Shown here: piece after piece, positions 57,635 to 64,000 of the stretch
How the letters are laid out: each line of letters begins with the position of its first letter
How positions within the stretch are numbered: the first letter of the stretch is position 1
Program-made: the position numbers and the translations under genes
Assembly (NCBI GenBank): GCA_964016885.1
Contig: OZ024740.1
Location: 164,920,001-164,984,000, forward strand
Direction: 5' to 3'
Length of the DNA: 64,000 nt
From: Eledone cirrhosa
Taxonomy: Eukaryota
Notes under the pieces: generated by a model
Databases searched by the model: none
Told to the model about the DNA's origin: nothing
The model's input: the letters and a program-made list of their open reading frames with translations, nothing else

Positions 57635-58503
57635 CTTACTTTTAGTTGTTTAGTGAATATTAAATACCATTAAATACCATACTGAAGTTATTACATGTTT
57701 TTCATTACGTATTTTTCACTGAAAACACATTCTGTTATCTTCCTTTATTCTAATATAACATATACCTCAAACTATTTTGTTATATGTCAACGACTCGAGC
57801 CAGTTTTTATTTAGATAGAATTCCTCGTGATTCAAGCTTTATATGAGACTACACTAAGCAATGTTACCTTTCCTTTAAAAATCAACATAGAATGTGACAT
57901 CAAGGAGATTTAAATATTGTTTCAAGCTGGTGGGGCTGAAACATATGTGCTAGATTACAACAGACAGAAGACAGACATAGAAATGTCACTAATTCTCATT
58001 TACTCCTTTACGACCCAATTTCTATTACCACGTCGACATCTATAGGATTTTAAATGGCAGCTAATTAGCATTGTTGGTCGCTGTAATGAATACGTTGGTA
58101 TGTATATCATGCACTGAGTAGATCAAAATAATCATTTTCCACTGCTCCATTGATACGGAGATGGGGTGGAGCCATAAGTATCTAATTGCTATATGGATGT
58201 ACTTTCTTTTTCAGTGGAGCATGTCTTTCTATTTTTTGTTTAAAAACGTTTTCAAATGTACCTCTGGACTCCATGTAGTTCTCATCCATACATATGTATG
58301 GAGTGAAATTTCTGTGAGAAGCGGAAATGTCGTTCGTTTTCCGCTGTTGGGATACACTCTCTTCCCATCTCTTCTTGTCAGTACCTGTAACGAATGATAA
58401 GGAAATAAAGATGTGGCAATTCCCTATTGCCTCTCGAGCCTTACACCCGATTACATCTCAGGAGTGGCAAATTCTGTGATTTCTAGTTTACTTTCTTTAT
58501 GTA

Positions 58504-59747
58504 CGAGGCTGAGCTGAAAAGTTCATAAGATGACTATGAAGGAGAAATGTTTGAACTGTGAAATCTTGTATGCATTAATTTCAACTTTTCTTATTGATAA
58601 ATGCATTGTTTCTTACCAGGTAAAACCGACATCTGTTCAAAGAAGACTTCAAAAGTACCTAGTAGCGACAAAATTTGGTTTTATCAAGTACCTCCTGAAA
58701 AGAGGTTTAGTGCCCTCTCCCCCAAGTACATTCATGTAGACATAGTTACTACATTAGGGGAGGACGCTCCAGCTATAGGAATAGTGCAAAATTTCGCAGT
58801 TGAATTTAAGAGAAGAGATAATCTGGAAGATGACACTGAGACTGGACGTCTTACAACTGCTGTAACCGAGGAAAACATTGATCGTGTTCACCACATGGAA
58901 AAAAATGACGAGCAAATGACTATACATCAAATAGCCACTACTATTAGCATATCCCATGGGAGAGTTGAAAATATTCTGCACAATGATCTTGGCTTGACCA
59001 AGGCTTCTCCTCACTGGGGACAACATCTTCTGACACCTGATCAAAAGCGCACAAAATTGATCACATAATGAGAAAATCTGACATGGTTTGCTGCAGATCC
59101 AGCTGGTTTCCTTGAACGCTTCCTAATCCAGGATGAGTGATGGGTTCATCTCTTTGAGCCAGAGACATGGAAACAATCCATGCAGTGGCAAAACCCGCTC
59201 CTCGCCAAAGAAGGCCAAGGTCATTTCATCAGTAGGGAAGTTGACGATATCAGTTTTAGGGGAATCAAAAGGCATTGTGTTTATTGACTATCTTCAAACC
59301 TGCAATACCATCAATACAGAGTACTATGCCAACTTGCTAAGGCAATTACGAAGGGCTATCAGGACCAAAGGCCCAGGAAAACTGTTTCATCAGAACAATG
59401 CTCCAGCACACAGGTCATTGACTTCAATTACTGCTGTTCGTCTCTCTCGCTTTGAACTGGTTGATCACCCTCCTGATTATTCTGATTTGGTGCCATCTCA
59501 ATAACATCTGTCCCCCAACATGAAAAAAAACCCCACTTGGCTGGGAACCAAAATCGCAGTCATATCAGCTGTTCATGACCTTTTCACCAACAGGATGGAA
59601 GCTTCTTCACCAATGAGATCTAAGCACTGCAACACCGACGGAAGAAATGTGTGAACCACAAGGGGGACTATGTTGAAAAATAAACCTCTTCGGTCACATT
59701 CCATGAGAGTATCTTGTTCAGCCTATGAAATTGTCAACCGAATCTCG
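58504..59747 (+). mobile_element. Decayed full-length mariner (Tc1/mariner) transposon
   Basis: TIR-like ends TA|CGAGGCTGAGCTGAAAAGTTCATA and TATGAAATTGTCAACCGAATCTCG. Transposase remnants: HTH region ENIDRVH...ILHNDLG, QDE*WVH, FHQNNAPAH, HPPDYSDLVPS (ORFs 58601-59068 and 59133-59504). Confidence 0.92.
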
Positions 59748-60280
59748 TGTAGCCCAAAGTTGTCACTTTGATGGGTTTTTCTTTTTCTCACCTTTTGTTC
59801 TTTTGTGGTCTTGCAGACTTATATGTCCATGGTGACCACACCAAATCAAATATGAACAAACATTTACATCAGTACAGTCATTTTGTGAACATCCCAGACA
59901 GGCTCAACTGACAGTATTCCCGGAGAGTTTCTTTCCAATTGCAATGCCCCGCCATTAAACTATCACACCAAGAATTTCTATAGATTACTCATAGTACACC
60001 GCCTGAAAGTTCCCAGGAACAAATAATATATTTGACTTTCTCTTTCAGGCTTGAAGTTTGTCGTAGAAGTTTAACGTACAATTCTGACGTTTAGCATTTC
60101 AATCAGGAATGCAACGCTGATAAAGAGAACTGTAAAAATACGACCACACATCCTCCCTTTCAGGAGAATAGATATCCAATCATCAGTCACACCATATTGA
60201 GTTTTCCACACAAAGGTTTTTTTTTTCTTAATTCCTTTGTCTTATTTTTATTGTAAACAGTTCATATTATTTTCAAATCG

Positions 60281-60396
60281 AGTTCAAATCCCGCCGAGGT
60301 TCACTTTGCCTTTCATCTTTACGGGGTCGATAAAATAAAGTACCAGTAATGTACTGGGTAGTTGCTGGCCTTGTGCCTAGAGTAGAAACAATTATT
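60281..60396 (+). mobile_element. 5'-truncated SINE with a 15-bp TSD
   Basis: Starts at the B box. ATTATTTTCAAATCG occurs at 60266-60280 and 60391-60405. Confidence 0.88.
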
Positions 60397-61354
60397 TTCA
60401 AATCGTTTGAAAAATTATGAAAGATTTAGACGTATTTAGATTCATAATCAACTTACGCGTTGTTAAATGTTAATTCAAATGTTTATAGTCTTTATAAGAA
60501 TGAATAGATCTTTTGTTTCATGTTAGTAGAAAAGGAAGATTAGCTGCTTAAGGAACACAACTACAAGGATATGGTCCGAACGTTGAAGAGCCGAACTCCC
60601 ACTATCATCACCTCCATCTATCTTGCCTTCCCTGCTTCATCAGTAAAACGCGTCCCTTCAACAAGAAGAAAAGGATCACAAATTTCTAGCTGGAAAGAAG
60701 GCTTGACGAACATTTACTATGAACCTGCGTGTCCAAACCTAACCAGACCGCTGTAAAGTTAACGAACCACGATGTAATCGGCTTGAACCTGCACACTGTC
60801 TTGTGTGGATTAATTTTAATTACAGTTACCACCACGGTGATAACAATAAGAATAATAATATTAATATATCCTTTCTTTAGCTACACTGTGATTTGATTTC
60901 TTGAAAAGTTAGCGTTAAAAGATTAAGTCACTTTCCATTTAATGTAATTGAGAACCAGAAAACTTATTTGAATTTAATGCAAATTCAAACTGTTTAATCG
61001 ATTGAGTTTCTGTGCTTATTTTCTAGTCATTTATTTTTATTATTGTCTCATTATCCTACACATACACGCGCACACTTGCTGTTTTTTGAAGGATTTCTTT
61101 AAATTATTTGTCAGGTGATCGTTTAAATTCTCTTCTTTATACAAACACAGCCTAAAATTTCCGTGTATAAACTTAATTCCACAAAATTCAAATATATTAT
61201 CTTCTCATATTAATTACTTTTTTAACTTTTAACTATCCCATTGTTGGAAATAAACGGAAAATCATAAGATACCTTAATTTATCTTTTATGGCTAAAGTGT
61301 GAAATAAAATAAAAAAAATACAAATCAACGAAATGAATTGTTCAATTTTGCAAA

Positions 61355-61370
61355 ACTACTACTACTACTC

Positions 61371-61426
<56 letters not shown>

Positions 61427-61518
61427 TCTTCTTCTTATTATTATTATTATTATTTTTTTTTTCTTCTTCTTCTTCTTCTTCTTCTTCTTCTTCTTCTTCT
61501 TCTTCTTCTTCTTCTTCT
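61355..61518. repeat. Compound trinucleotide microsatellite (CTA)n(CTT)n(ATT)n(T)n(CTT)n
   Basis: Directly visible. Confidence 0.97.
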
Positions 61519-61789
61519 GTTCATTATTTTCATGTACAGGATTGATATGCAAGCCAGTTTGGAAGTGGTATCACGACTAGCTAGTTTAGGATGAGTCGTC
61601 TAGAATTTGCGGGCATGGTTCTACTTAACTCGTCAGAATGTTATCTCAGACATGCACATAAAAGGTTTGCTACCGAGTGCTGCATCACTGGAATGAAAAT
61701 GAATGCTGCATCCTCTCGAGGAAGCCTGCGCATTGCACTCTAAAAGCTTTCCAATTGATCCTGTAGGTCGACCTGGAAATGTGGAACTG

Positions 61790-62450
61790 TTTTGTGGGCT
61801 TCTTTGGCTTTAGGTAGTATCAAATTGCAGGTCACTAGATAGTGATCAGTTATCAAACGATAACAAAATCAATTATTCATCTCTTCTCCTGATTCCCCTT
61901 TTACCATGCATGTTTATAGATGTCTTTGCACTGGATGTATTTGTTCATAATAGAGAGTCCATTACTAGAACAGAAGTATAAAACAGCCGCTCCATTCGTA
62001 TTCAGATCGGTCGCCGTTCCTTTCAATCACTCATTTCCATGTCAGGTAGTCAGTGCCAACATGTATATCGAAATCTCCCATTTAAAAAATATGACTCAGT
62101 CGTTAATACATCTAATGCTGCAGTAACTTCATCAAGGAAGGATATATATTCAGACTCTTTGTTTAGTGCATAAACTTGCACTATCCATAGAGACATAGCT
62201 TTCCGCCTAATCCTCAAGAGACAAATCCTCTGTGATAATGTCCATAACACATTCTAACAGGCTTGGGTTTGTGATTATCCCCACTCACAGCTTTGCAGTC
62301 ATTTCTGGCGCCACCCTTGAATAGCAGAGCTTCCATCCTCCAGTCCAAATCTATATTCCCAGAGCCACGAAACGTTGTTGAGGAAAACCCGAATATATCT
62401 AGCCGGTAGACTGTAGTATCTTTCACTAGTTCCTCTACTTAAGGTCTGAA
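61790..62450 (-). mobile_element. Decayed RTE (Expander/Rex3-like) endonuclease region
   Basis: YRLDIFGFSST...GSG and LLRI...IVQVYALNKESEYISFLDEV in ORFs 62214-62426 and 62050-62250. Confidence 0.65.
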
Positions 62451-62717
62451 CGCATCCCTTGTTAATCCGTGCGAAGGACGACGGCCTTTGTAGTGTCTCG
62501 CCATATTTTGGAGATTTTCGGTGGTCCTGCAAGTCTTAGAAAATTACTGGATTTGTGACTAGTGCGAATCACTGTAAAACTCCATTTTACTTTTTGTTTG
62601 TTTGATAGATATTGCATATACTTACATCTATATGCAATATATATATATATATATATTCGCACCGTTTCCTTTCGCTATATGTCTCTCCACCACTCCCCTA
62701 CACACCTTTTGAACTCT

Positions 62718-62750
62718 CACCTGAAGAAGGGCTTATGCCCGAAACGTCGT
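62718..62750 (+). ncRNA. Minimal PLE-type hammerhead in a short element (~62657-62840) between (TA)n tracts
   Basis: CUGAAGA-A-GGGC-UUAU-GCCC-GAAA-CG-UC with a weak stem I; AATAAA lies downstream. Confidence 0.65.
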
Positions 62751-62836
62751 CCCCCACCTACCCCCCACTCTCCTGAGCGTGAATTTAATAAACATTTGTC
62801 GTACTGTCTCTCTGTTCTGTCCCTGTTCAATTTTTC

Positions 62837-62905
<69 letters not shown>

Positions 62906-62977
62906 ATTTTAATACTCTGCTATGTATTGAGTACCTTACATACTGTGGTTACCTCCGATTCAACCCGGAATAACTTA

Positions 62978-63052
<75 letters not shown>

Positions 63053-64000
63053 ATATTGATTATTTATGCAAAAGGTTCATCTTCATTAAAAAGTGTTTGG
63101 TGATGGAATGATCACGTGTTTGTTACTAGAATAACTACATATAGAAGCTAGAAAGTGCGGGGAAAAGGTCAACGTCAATTACAGAGAGAATGATATTATA
63201 ACATAAATCGACGGAACACAATATAATGAATATTCAACTATCTCTATCTCTATACCGTTGTGGTCTATTTCAAGCTTTCGAGGACGATACAATAAAGTCC
63301 CGTGCTGCTTTAATCAATATTGTCTTTCGCTCAAATATGCTGATCTTTAAGTCTAAATTAGAAATCAATATCACATAATAAGCTCTGTCACATTAAATAT
63401 TGATATATTTTAATTTGCCATGACACTAATTTATTCAATTAAGATGGTCGCTTTATTTGCCTGAATACCATTCTATTACTCAACTCCGTCATAAGATAAA
63501 CCAGAGCTCCAAAAACTTCGTGTACGACAAATGTAACGTTATACTACGGTTAGAAAGGTTTTAGGTTTCAAAGCATTTGACAATAAATGCTCTAGTGCTC
63601 ACTAATTTTGAATGAAATGTTACACACTAGTACTTAACTTTGTTTTCCCCCTCCAAACAGAGTGTATACTGCCATAGACGAGCTATGAACAAGAGTTACT
63701 CTAGTAAAACACATTAAACCACATTAAACACATTAAAACACATTAAAATATTGAAAACAAACCTATATTTCTTGATGCAATTATGATTTAAAAATTCATG
63801 CCTATCAATTTTCTCACATTCTTAAAGATGTAGAATATATATCCCATTCAATATATAGCCAACTCATGGCAGAGCAACAAATTAATCACATTAAATTAAT
63901 TTGTTTATTTAACCCGGTCCAATCAGGATATGTAGCACAAGAAATAGTGTTTATTTAAGATGTGTAGAGTGAGATTTCAGTGATATTTGACAATTATTTC

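Noticed and set aside
59790-60830. Possible host exons (polypyrimidine-AG sites, ORF 60571-60756)
   Set aside because: No recognisable protein similarity or consistent splice frame by eye. Small exons cannot be excluded without RNA-seq.

Overview
AT-rich eukaryotic DNA with dense microsatellites and no recognisable host gene. The repeat repertoire and (TA)n/(CA)n density suggest an octopus or other cephalopod genome (inference). Identifiable elements: a near full-length but frameshifted Tx1/L1-group retrotransposon (5693-11732) between two R4/Dong-like restriction-like-endonuclease fragments at (AAT)n tracts; several Penelope-like element (PLE) remnants; a decayed mariner and a derived MITE; a non-autonomous Helitron; RTE fragments; and four copies of a tRNA-type SINE. 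The most striking signal is about ten sequence-distinct families of type I hammerhead ribozyme motifs, folded by eye. They sit in non-coding fold-back or partial-tandem units next to (TA)n tracts. These include a ~385-nt circularly permuted retrozyme-like family (4 loci), a unit with two hammerheads 530 nt apart, and a family with a fixed U3-A8 compensated core. All folds and boundaries are manual and need computational and biochemical confirmation.
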